This document shows positions 47,595 to 57,935 of a stretch of 64,000 nucleotides of DNA, piece by piece. The stretch's first letter is position 1. The number at the start of each line of letters is the position of its first letter. The translations under genes and the position numbers were made by a program. Source of the DNA: Candidatus Latescibacterota bacterium (GTDB taxonomy: Bacteria; Latescibacterota; UBA2968; UBA8231); NCBI GenBank assembly GCA_963422735.1, contig OY730476.1, forward strand, positions 4,889,053 through 4,953,052, read 5' to 3'. The notes under the pieces are model-generated. The model ran no database searches, was not told the origin of the DNA, and saw nothing but the letters and a program-made list of their open reading frames with translations.

Positions 47595-47830
47595 GTGAAA
47601 ACGCACTGGTACTTTGAGACGGTCACTCCAAAAAAGCATCCCGAAGCACATCGGAACCGGGCGTGGTGCCAGCGGGCGATTGAGAATCCGATCCGCAAGA
47701 CCGTGCAGAGCGACGGCAAGATTCAGCCCTATATATGGCTACCACGCAAAAAGCGGTACCCGCGGGTCGTCCACTAGAGGACGGCGAGACTATTTTCAAC
47801 GCCCACTGCGATCGTAGATTCAAGCCCTAG
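47595..47830 (+). pseudogene. small toxin-like gene, frameshifted
   Basis: WCQRAIENPIRKTVQSDGKI...RYPRVV, then frame change to LEDGETIFNAHCDRRFKP*. Confidence 0.6.
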
Positions 47831-47859
47831 ATGACTTTAGCTCGAAAGGACGCCACATC

Positions 47860-48010
47860 ATGCAGGTCAAATACTACCCAGAGGTCGATATGCTCAACAT
47901 CGACTTTTCCACCGAGCGAGGAGCCGATGCGGAAGAGGTGGCGGAGGGGTTAAGGATGCGTCATAGGCATTGAAGTTGATCAGGCGTCTAAACACGTGTG
48001 CTTAAAAGAG
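47860..48010 (+). pseudogene. DUF2283-family antitoxin-like remnant
   Basis: MQVKYYPEVDMLNIDF...AEEVAEG, then out of frame VIGIEVDQASK. Confidence 0.65.
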
Positions 48011-48321
48011 AGCGAAAAGAACGATGCGTACGTCGTCACCATGGGCAAGGTTTCCACCGTTTCCACGTTGGCCGCCGAACTAAGTGTAGGGGAGTGCTCA
48101 ATTCAGAAAACGATTCAGGCGAGGCGCGCAGCCAGCATAGAGATCGGTCAGCAAGAAAGTTCTGCCCATCCGATTCTATTGACAGAAGCGGATGCACTGG
48201 CCGTCAAGCAATGGCGCGAGCAACATCCTCGGGGTCGGCCACGAGTGGCTGCTGAAGGATGAGGGAATTCCCTCGCCGCACCGTTCAGAAGCGCAGTGTG
48301 GCGACGTCGGACAAGCGACCC

Positions 48322-49338
48322 CTAATCCCGCCAATTGACGACTACCCCGACGATATCCCCATCCCGCTCCCGCTTAATGCGCTCGTACATCGCCGGCATC
48401 TCGGCGCATCCTATCCGATGGGTAATGCAGTGTTCCCACTTGAGCACTCCCATCGCCATGTTCTTGATCACAGCGCGGCGGCAGGGCTGCCAGCCGTCGT
48501 CGCAGGGAAAAAACATCTGTAGCCGCTTGCCGTGCGGCGCAGGAAAGTCCAGGGCGACCGGCTCGTCCCCGTAGTGGCCCTGCCAGACGAAAGATCCAAA
48601 CCGCCGGCAGAGGGCAATCGCCGGATCGATGCACTGCGGATGCCCGGTGCATTCGAATACCACATCAGCACCTTCGGGCGCGATCTCCCTTACTACAGCG
48701 GCCACGTCCTGCTTTTTGCCATTGATTGCATAATCCGCTCCTAGTGCCTTGGCGACCCCCAGCGGTTTTGCATCAATATCCACCGCCACCACCATGCACC
48801 CCCGCTGTGCACAAGCCGCCACCACCCCTAAGCCAATCATCCCCACCCCATGTACCACCACCGTATCCCCCATCCGCGGATTGGCCATATCGACTCCATA
48901 GAGCCCGACTGCCGGCATCACAAACAAACTCGCCACATTCATCCCCGCCCCGGGCACCATCTTCGCCACGCCATGCGTGGTATTGGGTCGAGTCACGACG
49001 CGACTGCAATGCCCTCCAGAAATGCACCCGACCTCCGTCCCGTCGGCCAGCCTCATCGCGTCATTGCCGCGAAAGTACACTTCATCGCCGACCGCAAAAT
49101 TGTCGATATCGGCTCCGACAGCTTCTATTGTGCCCGTGCCCTGATAGCCGGTGCACAAGGGAAAGGGGTTGCGGTCCATCTTGCCGATCTTGCCGCTGAT
49201 TAGTCCGAACTCGGTGCCGATACTGACCCCGGTGAAATGGGTGCGGATCGCGACTTGGTCGGGGGCGGGATCGTTCAGTACGACCGCAGTCAGCGCGAAA
49301 TTTTGCTGTTCGTCGCAGATGAGCGCTTTGGCATCCAT
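48322..49338 (-). CDS. zinc-binding alcohol dehydrogenase family protein
   Basis: SIGTE, TGYQGTG, GVGMIG, FECTG. Confidence 0.88.
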   Translation of the reverse strand: MDAKALICDEQQNFALTAVVLNDPAPDQVAIRTHFTGVSIGTEFGLISGKIGKMDRNPFPLCTGYQGTGTIEAVGADIDNFAVGDEVYFRGNDAMRLADGTEVGCISGGHCSRVVTRPNTTHGVAKMVPGAGMNVASLFVMPAVGLYGVDMANPRMGDTVVVHGVGMIGLGVVAACAQRGCMVVAVDIDAKPLGVAKALGADYAINGKKQDVAAVVREIAPEGADVVFECTGHPQCIDPAIALCRRFGSFVWQGHYGDEPVALDFPAPHGKRLQMFFPCDDGWQPCRRAVIKNMAMGVLKWEHCITHRIGCAEMPAMYERIKRERDGDIVGVVVNWRD

Positions 49339-49578
49339 AAAAAATCCTTTCGGGTCGGGTGTCTTGTAGATCGGACTTCGGCTATTTTGAGGGCATAAAA
49401 TAGTCGAGTTTGCTGTTATATGCCCAGTGATAAATCCCCAAACTAGAGAAGGTTCGCCGGATGGCTGAGGGTATTTATTTGGTGATAGCTAATGTCAACA
49501 GGGTCTTCCCCCCATCTCCATCGACTTAACCTATATAGACAACGCTGGTAGCCGCCCGCCGAGGTGGATGAAGACAAT

Positions 49579-51993
49579 TTATTTGCGCTCGGAGATTTTG
49601 CAGACCCAGATGCTGATTTCGTAGAGCAGGAGCAAGGGCAGGGCCATCAGGATTTGGGAGACCGGGTCAGGCGGCGTGAAAATTGCGCCGAGGACAAAGA
49701 TGCCGATGATGGCATAGCGGCGAATATGTCGCATCCGCACGGCGGTCATCACCCCGACTTTAGCCAAAAAGAGCGACAGCACCGGCATCTCAAAGACAAT
49801 GCCAAAACCGGCTATGAGCCGCAGCACAAAGCCGATGTACTCGTCAGCCGCCCATTGCGAGGTCATGTCGGGCGGCTCTAGCGCGAGGAAAAAGCGCAGT
49901 CCGAGCGGGAGGACGATGTAATAGGCGATCAGCGCACCGACCGAGAAGCAGAGGACGCTCAGCGAGATAATGGGTACCATGAGCCGTTTCTCGCGCTGCA
50001 AAAGCCCCGGAGCCACAAAGCGCCAAGCTTGATAGAAGATGGCGGGTAGCGCGAGTAGCAGCCCGCCGACAAAGGCGATTTGTAGGCTGATGAAGAAGTA
50101 GGTCATGGGCCGCAGGGCTTGTAGCCGGCGCGTCGGGGGCAGGTCGGCGATTGGCGCGTCCAGCTCGAGCGCCGCATCGGGCCGGCCCAACCACTGGCGC
50201 ACCAGCTTTTCGACCGCTCGCACCGCGCCCGAGGATTGCTGGCTATCCAAGCTGAGGACGGCTTCTTCGTACGGCCGGGTCAAAAGCTGCACGATCGAGT
50301 CGGATAGGGCAAAGCAGATCGCCGCGCCCACGGCGAGTGCGCCTAGGGCCTTGAGAATGCGCCAGCGAAGTTCTTCGAGGTGGTCGAGAAAGGGCATGTT
50401 GTCTGCTCGGGGTGGGTCTGGTTCGTGGTCCGCTTCTAGTTTGTGGTGAGTTACTTCTGGATCGCGGGCGGGTCGCGGCTTGCGAAAACGGGCGGTGAGG
50501 GCACCTAGGGCGATTAGCAGGCAACTCCAGGCGAAGAGGTCGCCGTGCCGGGTGTAGAAGGTCGCGGGCTGGCCGACCGGTGCAGTGGCGACCGCGACCG
50601 CAGGCGTGAAGAGGTCGGTCGCCTCGTAGGTGCGGCCAAACGGGTCGATGAACAGGGAAATGCCGGTGGTAGCGGCGCGGGCGATGGCCGTGCGGTTTTC
50701 AATGGCGCGCATGGCGTTGATGAGCGCGTGTTGGTAGGGCCCCGCGCTGCGGCCAAACCATGAATCATTGGTGATGTTGACCAGTACGCGCGCCCCAGCC
50801 GCCACGTGCTGGCGCACCAGAGCGGGAAAGATGGACTCAAAGCAGATGAGCACGGCAAAGGGATGCCGGGGATGGGCAAAGATCGCGTGCTTCGTGCCGC
50901 GTGCGAATTCCGCCGGGCCGAGGTCGCCGGTCAGGCGGGACCAGTCAATGTCGCGCAGCAGGGGGATGGCGTCGCGGTAGGGCGTCCGCTCGCCAAAGGG
51001 CACTAGGTGCATCTTGGCGTACGAGGGCAAGGTTACGGCTCCGGGCTGGACGAAGAAGGCCGCGTTGTAGTTCGCGTGCGGTGCGCCGGTCAGCACGGGA
51101 ATATCTAGTTCCTCGACGAGTGCTTGGACGCGGCCTCGGCAACCGGCCCGGTGCACGGGATCGCACGGCAAGGCGGTTTCGGGCCAGACCAGCAACTCTG
51201 GATCGCGCTTGGCCGCTTGGCGCGAGAGTGTGGCAAGGGCTGCGAAACTGCGCTCCAGCCCATTGGGCCCCCACTTGTCAGCATACGTGGTGTTCGGTTG
51301 AATCAGGCCGATGCGCAGGCCCTCGGCCGGGACGGGCGCGGCCAGTGTGCTCTGAGCGTGGAGCCAAGGCAAGAGATAGCCCAAGGCAATGCCCACGAGG
51401 AAGACGCGCCGCTCAACGAGCACCAAGTAGAACAGCGCGTTGAGGCCAACGACCCAGCAAGAAACGCCAAAGACGCCAGTCCAGGTGGCGTACTGGATGA
51501 AGTGGGGCAGGGCTGCTTGGCTGTGCCCCAGCAAGAGCCAGGGAAACCCCAACTCCCCGAGAGAGAGCAGATATTCCTGCCCGGTCCACAACAAAGGTAG
51601 CAACGCGAGCGCCTTCGTTCCCCACCGCGCGGCGAGCACGTTGAACAGCCCGATACAGAGGCCGGTAAAGAGGCCCAGATAAGCGGCCATCAGCCCGGTG
51701 CCCCCGACGACAGCGGCCCCCCCGCCTTGGGTATAGCCCACCCAATACAAGGACAGCAGGCTCCAGACCAAGCCGCTGATCCAGCCTGCGGCAAAGCCGA
51801 CTTTGAAGCCGCGGCTCTGCAGCGCGAGCAGCAAGGGCACCAGCGCACAATGGGCCCAAAGTGGATGATAGAGAAAGGCGAGGGGGTGATCGGGGTGGCT
51901 GGGAAAGGCCAGCGAGAGTAAAGCCCCGCTCAGTGAGGCGAGCAGCAGGCGGTAAAGCGGGGTTGGGGCCAAGATAAAGCGCGGTTTAGACAT
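49579..51993 (-). CDS. fusion of apolipoprotein N-acyltransferase (Lnt) and TatC
   Basis: Lnt motifs GFPW, WPE, YAKMHLVPFGE, ICFES, TNDSWF; TatC motifs MPFLDHLEELR, FVAPGL, FEMP, TPPDP, LYE; one uninterrupted 804-aa ORF. Confidence 0.92.
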   Translation of the reverse strand: MSKPRFILAPTPLYRLLLASLSGALLSLAFPSHPDHPLAFLYHPLWAHCALVPLLLALQSRGFKVGFAAGWISGLVWSLLSLYWVGYTQGGGAAVVGGTGLMAAYLGLFTGLCIGLFNVLAARWGTKALALLPLLWTGQEYLLSLGELGFPWLLLGHSQAALPHFIQYATWTGVFGVSCWVVGLNALFYLVLVERRVFLVGIALGYLLPWLHAQSTLAAPVPAEGLRIGLIQPNTTYADKWGPNGLERSFAALATLSRQAAKRDPELLVWPETALPCDPVHRAGCRGRVQALVEELDIPVLTGAPHANYNAAFFVQPGAVTLPSYAKMHLVPFGERTPYRDAIPLLRDIDWSRLTGDLGPAEFARGTKHAIFAHPRHPFAVLICFESIFPALVRQHVAAGARVLVNITNDSWFGRSAGPYQHALINAMRAIENRTAIARAATTGISLFIDPFGRTYEATDLFTPAVAVATAPVGQPATFYTRHGDLFAWSCLLIALGALTARFRKPRPARDPEVTHHKLEADHEPDPPRADNMPFLDHLEELRWRILKALGALAVGAAICFALSDSIVQLLTRPYEEAVLSLDSQQSSGAVRAVEKLVRQWLGRPDAALELDAPIADLPPTRRLQALRPMTYFFISLQIAFVGGLLLALPAIFYQAWRFVAPGLLQREKRLMVPIISLSVLCFSVGALIAYYIVLPLGLRFFLALEPPDMTSQWAADEYIGFVLRLIAGFGIVFEMPVLSLFLAKVGVMTAVRMRHIRRYAIIGIFVLGAIFTPPDPVSQILMALPLLLLYEISIWVCKISERK

Positions 51994-52167
51994 CGGCAGT
52001 GGGGGGTAATGTGTAAAAATATAGGAGGGGGCCCGGGGCGGAACAAGGTGCTGGTACAGATTCTGCTTATATACGTCGGTTGCGTCTAGTGCCCGGTGGC
52101 TCGTGGGGGCTAGACGCTACATTCGCGTGGTTTTTTTGCTACAGCTTTGCCCAAGGAGGAACGCGCC

Positions 52168-52887
52168 GTGCCAACGCAAGCTCAACCCATTGACTACGGC
52201 TTTGCCGCCCGCACTGTGGGCGAGGGGCCGCCTTTCCACCGCGACGAACTGCCACGGGAGCGGCTCGTGCGCTTGGGGCCACAGGCGCTCAAGGACCAAG
52301 AGCTGTTGGCCGTGGCCTTGGGGACGGGGTATCGCGGTCGGCACGTGATGGACTTGGCCGAGGACATCCTCGCTGATTACCCCAAGGAATCGCTGGTGGA
52401 TATGGATATAGGACAATTGAGTCGGATCAAGGGGTTGGGCAAGGCCAAGGCTGGGGTCTTGGTCGCGGCGTTTGAACTGGCGCGCCGCGGGTTGCACAAG
52501 GGCTTGGGGGTGCGGCCGGTGATTAGTGCGCCCGGCGATGCGCTGTCGATGCTTTCCGACATCAAGGATCAGCAGCGCGAGCACTTTCTCTGCCTGTATC
52601 TCAACGCCCGCAATCAGGTGATCCACAAGGAGGTCGTGTCCATCGGCAGTCTATCTTCGGCCATCGTGCATCCGCGCGAGGTCTTTCGCACGGCCGTATC
52701 GCAGGCTGCGGCCAGCGTGATCTTGGCGCACAACCATCCGTCCGGCGATGTGTCGCCGAGTCAGGACGACATCAACCTGACGCGGCGCTTGGTGCAGGCC
52801 GGCGAAATCATGGGCATTGACGTGCTCGACCACCTCATCATTGGCAGCGACGACTTTCTTAGCTTGAAGGAGCGCGGCTTGATCTAA
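52168..52887 (+). CDS. radC: RadC/JAB-domain protein
   Basis: PRERL, VHPREVF, HNHPSG..PS..D, LDHLII. Confidence 0.95.
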   Translation: MPTQAQPIDYGFAARTVGEGPPFHRDELPRERLVRLGPQALKDQELLAVALGTGYRGRHVMDLAEDILADYPKESLVDMDIGQLSRIKGLGKAKAGVLVAAFELARRGLHKGLGVRPVISAPGDALSMLSDIKDQQREHFLCLYLNARNQVIHKEVVSIGSLSSAIVHPREVFRTAVSQAAASVILAHNHPSGDVSPSQDDINLTRRLVQAGEIMGIDVLDHLIIGSDDFLSLKERGLI

Positions 52888-52981
52888 GAAGCGGACCGCT
52901 TCTAAAGAAATTGTATTTGCCCGGCAAAAGCCTATATTACTGACGAGCACTGCACTCTATCTATACGAGGGTACGCGATCG

Positions 52982-53677
52982 ATGAAAGACGAAGAAAGTC
53001 ATCTAATTCCGGTGAACATTTTCGACATGTACCCCTATCCAGACGCGGAGCAGGGCTTGGGCATACCGCAGAAATTCTTGGTCTTGCTCAAGGGCACGGA
53101 AAACAGCGTAGTACCCATTACGATCGGCCACTTCGAGGGCCAAGCCCTCGCCATGGCTCTCCGCAAAATCGCCTTGCCGCGGCCCCTGCCGCACGATCTG
53201 TTGTGCAACCTGCTCAAGCGAATTGACGCCGTGGTCCACAAGCTGGTGGTCCACACACTCAAAGAGGACGTTTTCCACGCGTACCTGCTAGTCCAGGCCC
53301 AGGGCCAGTCCTTCTACCTCGACTGCCGTCCCAGCGATGGTATGATCTTGGCCACGCTCTTGGGTGTGCCGCTCTTTATGACTCCAGAGGTAATGGAGGC
53401 GGCCGGCCGGCTACTGGAGCACTCCGACCAGCGCGCGGCCCAAGGCGAACAAGCCGCTGCGGCCGAGGTGGCCCCGGATGCGCCCGCAGAGGACGAAGCG
53501 GCCGAGCGCAAAGGTGCTGAGAAGAAGTCGGAGGCGTTTGTGGATCCGCAGACGGGCGAGCCGATAAGCCAGTTGGAGCAGCTCAAGGCGCACCTCGACT
53601 GGCTCATTGCCCAAGAGGCCTACGAGCAGGCAGCCAAGGTCCGCGACCGCATCAGCGAGCTAGAAGCCGAAGACTGA
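52982..53677 (+). CDS. bifunctional nuclease family (DUF151) protein with UVR motif
   Basis: PITIGHFEG, RPLPHDL, DCRPSD, EAYEQAAKVRD. Confidence 0.9.
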   Translation: MKDEESHLIPVNIFDMYPYPDAEQGLGIPQKFLVLLKGTENSVVPITIGHFEGQALAMALRKIALPRPLPHDLLCNLLKRIDAVVHKLVVHTLKEDVFHAYLLVQAQGQSFYLDCRPSDGMILATLLGVPLFMTPEVMEAAGRLLEHSDQRAAQGEQAAAAEVAPDAPAEDEAAERKGAEKKSEAFVDPQTGEPISQLEQLKAHLDWLIAQEAYEQAAKVRDRISELEAED

Positions 53678-53700
53678 GGGGTGCTCTCGCCGCGCTTGGA

Positions 53701-53738
53701 CGCTCTTGCACTGTGTTGCCGTGCAGGGGCGTTTTTTT
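53701..53738 (+). terminator. intrinsic terminator
   Basis: cgctcttgcac...gtgcaggggcg followed by T7. Confidence 0.7.
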
Positions 53739-53743
53739 GTGCG

Positions 53744-55627
53744 CTAGTTGGCGGATTGGGTGCGGGCGTGCAAGAAGACCATGAGCGAAGCGAGGTCCGC
53801 GGGTGAGACCCCGGAAATGCGCGACGCCTGTCCTAGAGTCTGCGGGCGGATCGCCGCGAGCTTTTGGCGCGCCTCGGTCGAAATGTTCAGTCGAGGAGCG
53901 GCAAAGTCAAAATCGGTTGGCAAGCGCAGGGATTCGAGGCGCTTGAGCTTTTGCGCTTGGGTCTGTTGGCGCTTGATGTACCCCGCGTATTTGATCTCGG
54001 CCTCGATGTGTTCGGCCGCGTCTGGGGAGAGGGGCTGTGGAGGTGGGGCGAATTCGCAGAGATGGTCATAGTTGAGTTGGGGGCGGCGCAGCAACTCGGC
54101 CAGCGAGGTCGATTCGGCGATGGGAGCAGTGCCCTGCCGCGCCAAGACCTCCCGCACCTTTTCGGTCGGTTTGACGCGCTCGTGCTGTAGGCGTTCGCGC
54201 TCAGCGGCGACCTGTTGTTGCTTGGTTTGAAACCGACGCCACAGGTCGTCGCCGATCAATCCCAGCGCCCGGCCCTTGGCCATCAGTCGGTCGTCGGCGT
54301 TGTCCTCGCGCAAGAGCAGGCGGTGCTCGGCGCGCGAGGTGAAGATGCGGTACGGTTCGAGCGTACCTTTGGTCACGAGGTCGTCGATGAGGACGCCGAT
54401 GTAGGCATCGGCGCGCGTGAGGACGAGTGGGTCGTCGCCGCGAGCCTTGAGCACGGAGTTGATGCCAGCCATGATTCCTTGGGCCGCGGCTTCTTCGTAG
54501 CCAGTGGTACCGTTGATCTGGCCGGCGAAGAAGAGATTGGCCACGCGCTTGGTCTCTAGGTGGGGGTAGAGCTGGGTCGGCGGGGCGTAATCGTATTCGA
54601 CCGCGTACGCCGGGCGCATGATCTCAGCCCGTTCGAGGCCAGGCAGGGAGCGCACGATCTGGGGTTGCAGGGCCTCCGGCAGGCTCATCGACAGGCCGTT
54701 GAGATAAAACTCGAGGGTGCGACGTCCCTCTGGCTCGACGAAAACTTGATGCCGCTCCTTGTCGGCAAAGCGCGCGATTTTGTCCTCTATGGAGGGGCAG
54801 TAGCGCGGGCCGGTGCCCTTGATGCGCCCGCTGTACATGGCCGAGTGCGACAGGTTGTCTTGGACGATTTCGCGGGTGTGGGCGTTGGTGTAGGTGATCC
54901 AGCAGGGCACTTGCGGCTGGGTGATTTTTTGTACCGCATAGGAAAAGGGGCGCGGTGGGTCGTCGCCGGGCTGTTCGTCGAACGCGGCAAAGTCGAGGGT
55001 GCGGCCGTTGACGCGCGGCGGGGTGCCGGTTTTGAGACGGCCGGTTTCAAAACCGAGTGCCACCAAGCCCTCGGCGGCCTTTTCGGCGGCGGTCTCGCCA
55101 GCGCGGCCCGCGCTGTAGGAGAAATCGCCGACGTGTATCTTGCCTCGGAGGAAGGTGCCGGTCGTGAGGATGACGGTGCGCCCGCGGTAGGCGATGCCTC
55201 CCTTGACGCCGATGCCTTGGACGGCTCCGTCCTCTATAAGCAAGCGCTCCATGAGGCCTTGGCGAATGTCGAGATGCTCTTGCTGTTCACAGGTGTACTT
55301 CAGCTCAAATTGGTAGTCCTTTTTGTCGGCTTGGGCCCGCGAGGCGCGCACCGCTGGCCCGCGCGAGGTGTTGAGGCGGCGGAATTGGATGCCGGTGCGG
55401 TCGATGTTGATGGCCATCTGGCCACCGAGCGCGTCGATTTCCTTGACGATATGCCCCTTGCCGATCCCGCCAATAGCCGGGTTGCAGGATAGCTGGCCAA
55501 TGGTGTCCAAGTTCATGGTCAGGAGCAGGGTCTCGGCCCCCATGCGCGCCGCGGCGAGCGCGGCCTCAGTGCCAGCGTGGCCGCCGCCAACAACGATGAC
55601 TTGGTACGCTTTCTCGTAGAAAATCAC
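53744..55627 (-). CDS. mnmG: tRNA uridine-5-carboxymethylaminomethyl modification enzyme
   Basis: [44 protein letters not shown]. Confidence 0.98.
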   Translation of the reverse strand: MIFYEKAYQVIVVGGGHAGTEAALAAARMGAETLLLTMNLDTIGQLSCNPAIGGIGKGHIVKEIDALGGQMAINIDRTGIQFRRLNTSRGPAVRASRAQADKKDYQFELKYTCEQQEHLDIRQGLMERLLIEDGAVQGIGVKGGIAYRGRTVILTTGTFLRGKIHVGDFSYSAGRAGETAAEKAAEGLVALGFETGRLKTGTPPRVNGRTLDFAAFDEQPGDDPPRPFSYAVQKITQPQVPCWITYTNAHTREIVQDNLSHSAMYSGRIKGTGPRYCPSIEDKIARFADKERHQVFVEPEGRRTLEFYLNGLSMSLPEALQPQIVRSLPGLERAEIMRPAYAVEYDYAPPTQLYPHLETKRVANLFFAGQINGTTGYEEAAAQGIMAGINSVLKARGDDPLVLTRADAYIGVLIDDLVTKGTLEPYRIFTSRAEHRLLLREDNADDRLMAKGRALGLIGDDLWRRFQTKQQQVAAERERLQHERVKPTEKVREVLARQGTAPIAESTSLAELLRRPQLNYDHLCEFAPPPQPLSPDAAEHIEAEIKYAGYIKRQQTQAQKLKRLESLRLPTDFDFAAPRLNISTEARQKLAAIRPQTLGQASRISGVSPADLASLMVFLHARTQSAN

Positions 55628-55905
55628 GATCGTTTATACTCGGCGAGGATGCGGTCGCCTTCCTCTTGGGTTTCGCGCAAGAGCGTTTGTAACACGTCTT
55701 CGGGTGTGCCGGTGTGCGCTTGCTTTTCCGACCAATGCCACTGCTCCAAATAGGCGTCGGAGCCCACCAGCCCCTCCCTCATGGCGATGCGATCGATCGC
55801 GAGTTGGAAGCGGGCGGGCAGGATATGCGAGCTCGGCCGACGGCCGGCAAAGAGCTTGATTTGCACGGGAATGTCGCGCCAGTAGAGGACTTGGTACTGA
55901 ATCAT
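55624..55905 (-). CDS. Virulence_fact family small protein (folate/B12-associated)
   Basis: YWRDIPVQI...[14 protein letters not shown]...DAYLEQW. Confidence 0.8.
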   Translation of the reverse strand: MIQYQVLYWRDIPVQIKLFAGRRPSSHILPARFQLAIDRIAMREGLVGSDAYLEQWHWSEKQAHTGTPEDVLQTLLRETQEEGDRILAEYKRS

Positions 55906-56915
55906 GAGTCGAGGTCTCGCCTAAAGGCGAGGTGAAGCGCTTGGCGAAAAGCGCGGATGTGGTCCGGCGTGGTGCCGCAGCAGCCGCCGATGATCTGGAC
56001 GCCGGCAGCCGCTAGGTTGGAGATGTACGCGGCCATTTCCTCGGGGCTTTGCGAGTAGATGGTGCGGAGGGCACTGTTGAGCCGAGGCATGCCGGCGTTG
56101 GGATACGTCATCAGCTTCTTGTCGAGGCCGCGCTCCTGTAGGGCGGCCTTAAACTGCTCAATACCGTGGAGAGCGTACGGCATGCCAGTGTGCTCGCTGC
56201 GCCGGGTTTCGGCGCCGCAGTTGACCCCGACGAGGTGGACATAGTCGAGGAGGTTGTCGCCGCCGGAGTATTGGCCTGATGCGAGTATGTCCAAAAGGTC
56301 GGCGACCGAGTGCCCCCAATCGGTGCGATAGACGACCTGCTTGCTTTTGCGGTCCCGCGTGTATTTGAGCGCGAGGTTGACGGCAATGGGCAAGCCGGTC
56401 TGGCGGGCGATGTCGCAGATCATGGCCGCTTCGACGGCTGAAAACTGGGTTTCAACAGAAAAAAAATCGACCCCGCCTTCGCAGAGGGCGTCGATGATGC
56501 GCTGATGCGCAGCGCGGACTTTGTCGTTGGCAATGCCGAAATCCGTACTGCCGGCGTCGGCCTCGATGGCCCCGGGGGAAGGGCCGATGGACCCGGCGAT
56601 GAAGACGTCACGCTCGCCGAGTTCCCGGGCGCGCTGCACCAACTCGGCCCCGCGCCGGGCTAACGCACCGGCTTGGGCTGGATCTTTGCCAGCCATGGCG
56701 AGGTGCAGCTCAGAGGCGACAAAAGTGTTGGTGCCAATGCAGTCGGCACCCGCGGCGATGTAGTCGGCGTGAATAGCGACGACCGCCTCTGGATGGCTTT
56801 CGTTGGCGAGAGTGGAGTTGGTCAGCTCGACTTGGCGGGCGAAAAGCTGGGAGCCAAAGCCACCGTCGTACAAGAGGGGGCGCGAGTCGTTGAGGCGCTG
56901 GAGGAAAGGGGACAC
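55902..56915 (-). CDS. homocysteine S-methyltransferase domain protein
   Basis: YDGGFG, TNTF, AGSIGP, GVNC, YPNAG, IGGCCGTTPDHI. Confidence 0.92.
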   Translation of the reverse strand: MSPFLQRLNDSRPLLYDGGFGSQLFARQVELTNSTLANESHPEAVVAIHADYIAAGADCIGTNTFVASELHLAMAGKDPAQAGALARRGAELVQRARELGERDVFIAGSIGPSPGAIEADAGSTDFGIANDKVRAAHQRIIDALCEGGVDFFSVETQFSAVEAAMICDIARQTGLPIAVNLALKYTRDRKSKQVVYRTDWGHSVADLLDILASGQYSGGDNLLDYVHLVGVNCGAETRRSEHTGMPYALHGIEQFKAALQERGLDKKLMTYPNAGMPRLNSALRTIYSQSPEEMAAYISNLAAAGVQIIGGCCGTTPDHIRAFRQALHLAFRRDLDS

Positions 56916-56919
56916 GGGG

Positions 56920-57834
56920 CTAGGACAGGGTGTCGGCGCGGGAGTCGCTGAACAGCCATTCGAGCAAGCGTTGGCCAAAGCCCGGCGCAAAGTGCGGTAC
57001 GTGCGAGCCTTGCTCCATGGTCCACAGCTCGATGGTGACGTCGTTGCGGCAGCCCGTGCGATAGCGGGTGCGGACGGTCTCGGGGCCGTCGAGGTTTTGG
57101 TCGAGGTCGAGCGGGGGAAGGGTTTCTGGATCGGTGAGGTCGCAGCGGGCGAGCGCGGCCCAACGCAGCGCGGCTTCTTCTGCGCCCGCGTACTCCTGCT
57201 CGCCTGTGCTCCCGTCGTAGGCCACGACCTCGTCGCCCGTGCCGTGGATTTGCAGCACCGAGACCGGGGACGCGGAGGCACAACGAGAGGGATCGCTAAA
57301 GGAAGTGCCAGCGAGGCTGGCAATGGCAACTAGTCCTCGGATGCCTTCGCAGGCGAGTCGGTAGGACATGAAGCCGCCGTTGGAGTGCCCAAGGATGAAG
57401 ATGCGCTCTACGGCGATATGCGCGGAGGCCTCTTTGAGCAGTCCGGAAAGGTATTGCACGTCATCGACTTGGGCATTGTGGAGGTCACAGCAGAAATCCG
57501 TGGCGTTCCAGAAGCGATGGCCATCGGGGTCGCGCGTACCATTGGCCATAATGAGGGCGAAACGCTCGATGTTCACTCGCTGCGAGAGGCCAAAATAGCG
57601 GTCGTGATCAGCCGAGTGGCTGGTGAAGCCGTGCAAGCTGAGCACGAGCGGAGTAAGCGTCTCGGGGTTGTGATCGGCTGGGAGGACCAAGAGGGCTGGG
57701 CGTTGACCGCCCAACGTGTGGACGATGTGATCCTTGCTTAGGTCGGCGACCAACTCGGTATGAGATATTTCGCTGCAGGCGACGAGGGTCAACGACAGCA
57801 GAGCAGCAAAGGTACAGATTTTATTGTTCTGCAT
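56920..57834 (-). CDS. lipoprotein esterase (PHB depolymerase/LpqC family)
   Basis: lipobox LVAC; LSLHG, WNATDFCC, GHSNGG, IHGTGD, GSH. Confidence 0.88.
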   Translation of the reverse strand: MQNNKICTFAALLSLTLVACSEISHTELVADLSKDHIVHTLGGQRPALLVLPADHNPETLTPLVLSLHGFTSHSADHDRYFGLSQRVNIERFALIMANGTRDPDGHRFWNATDFCCDLHNAQVDDVQYLSGLLKEASAHIAVERIFILGHSNGGFMSYRLACEGIRGLVAIASLAGTSFSDPSRCASASPVSVLQIHGTGDEVVAYDGSTGEQEYAGAEEAALRWAALARCDLTDPETLPPLDLDQNLDGPETVRTRYRTGCRNDVTIELWTMEQGSHVPHFAPGFGQRLLEWLFSDSRADTLS

Positions 57835-57935
57835 ATCAACCCTCCTTTCTGTTGGCACTCTACGGACCAACGGCAACAAACCGGCTCTAAACTCAGTTTT
57901 TAATCTACGGGCCAAGGCCAACAATGACCAACGCG

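Noticed and set aside
56916-57329. Apparent extension or fusion of the Hcy methyltransferase
   Set aside because: Alternative frame of the esterase gene; homology starts at about 56915.
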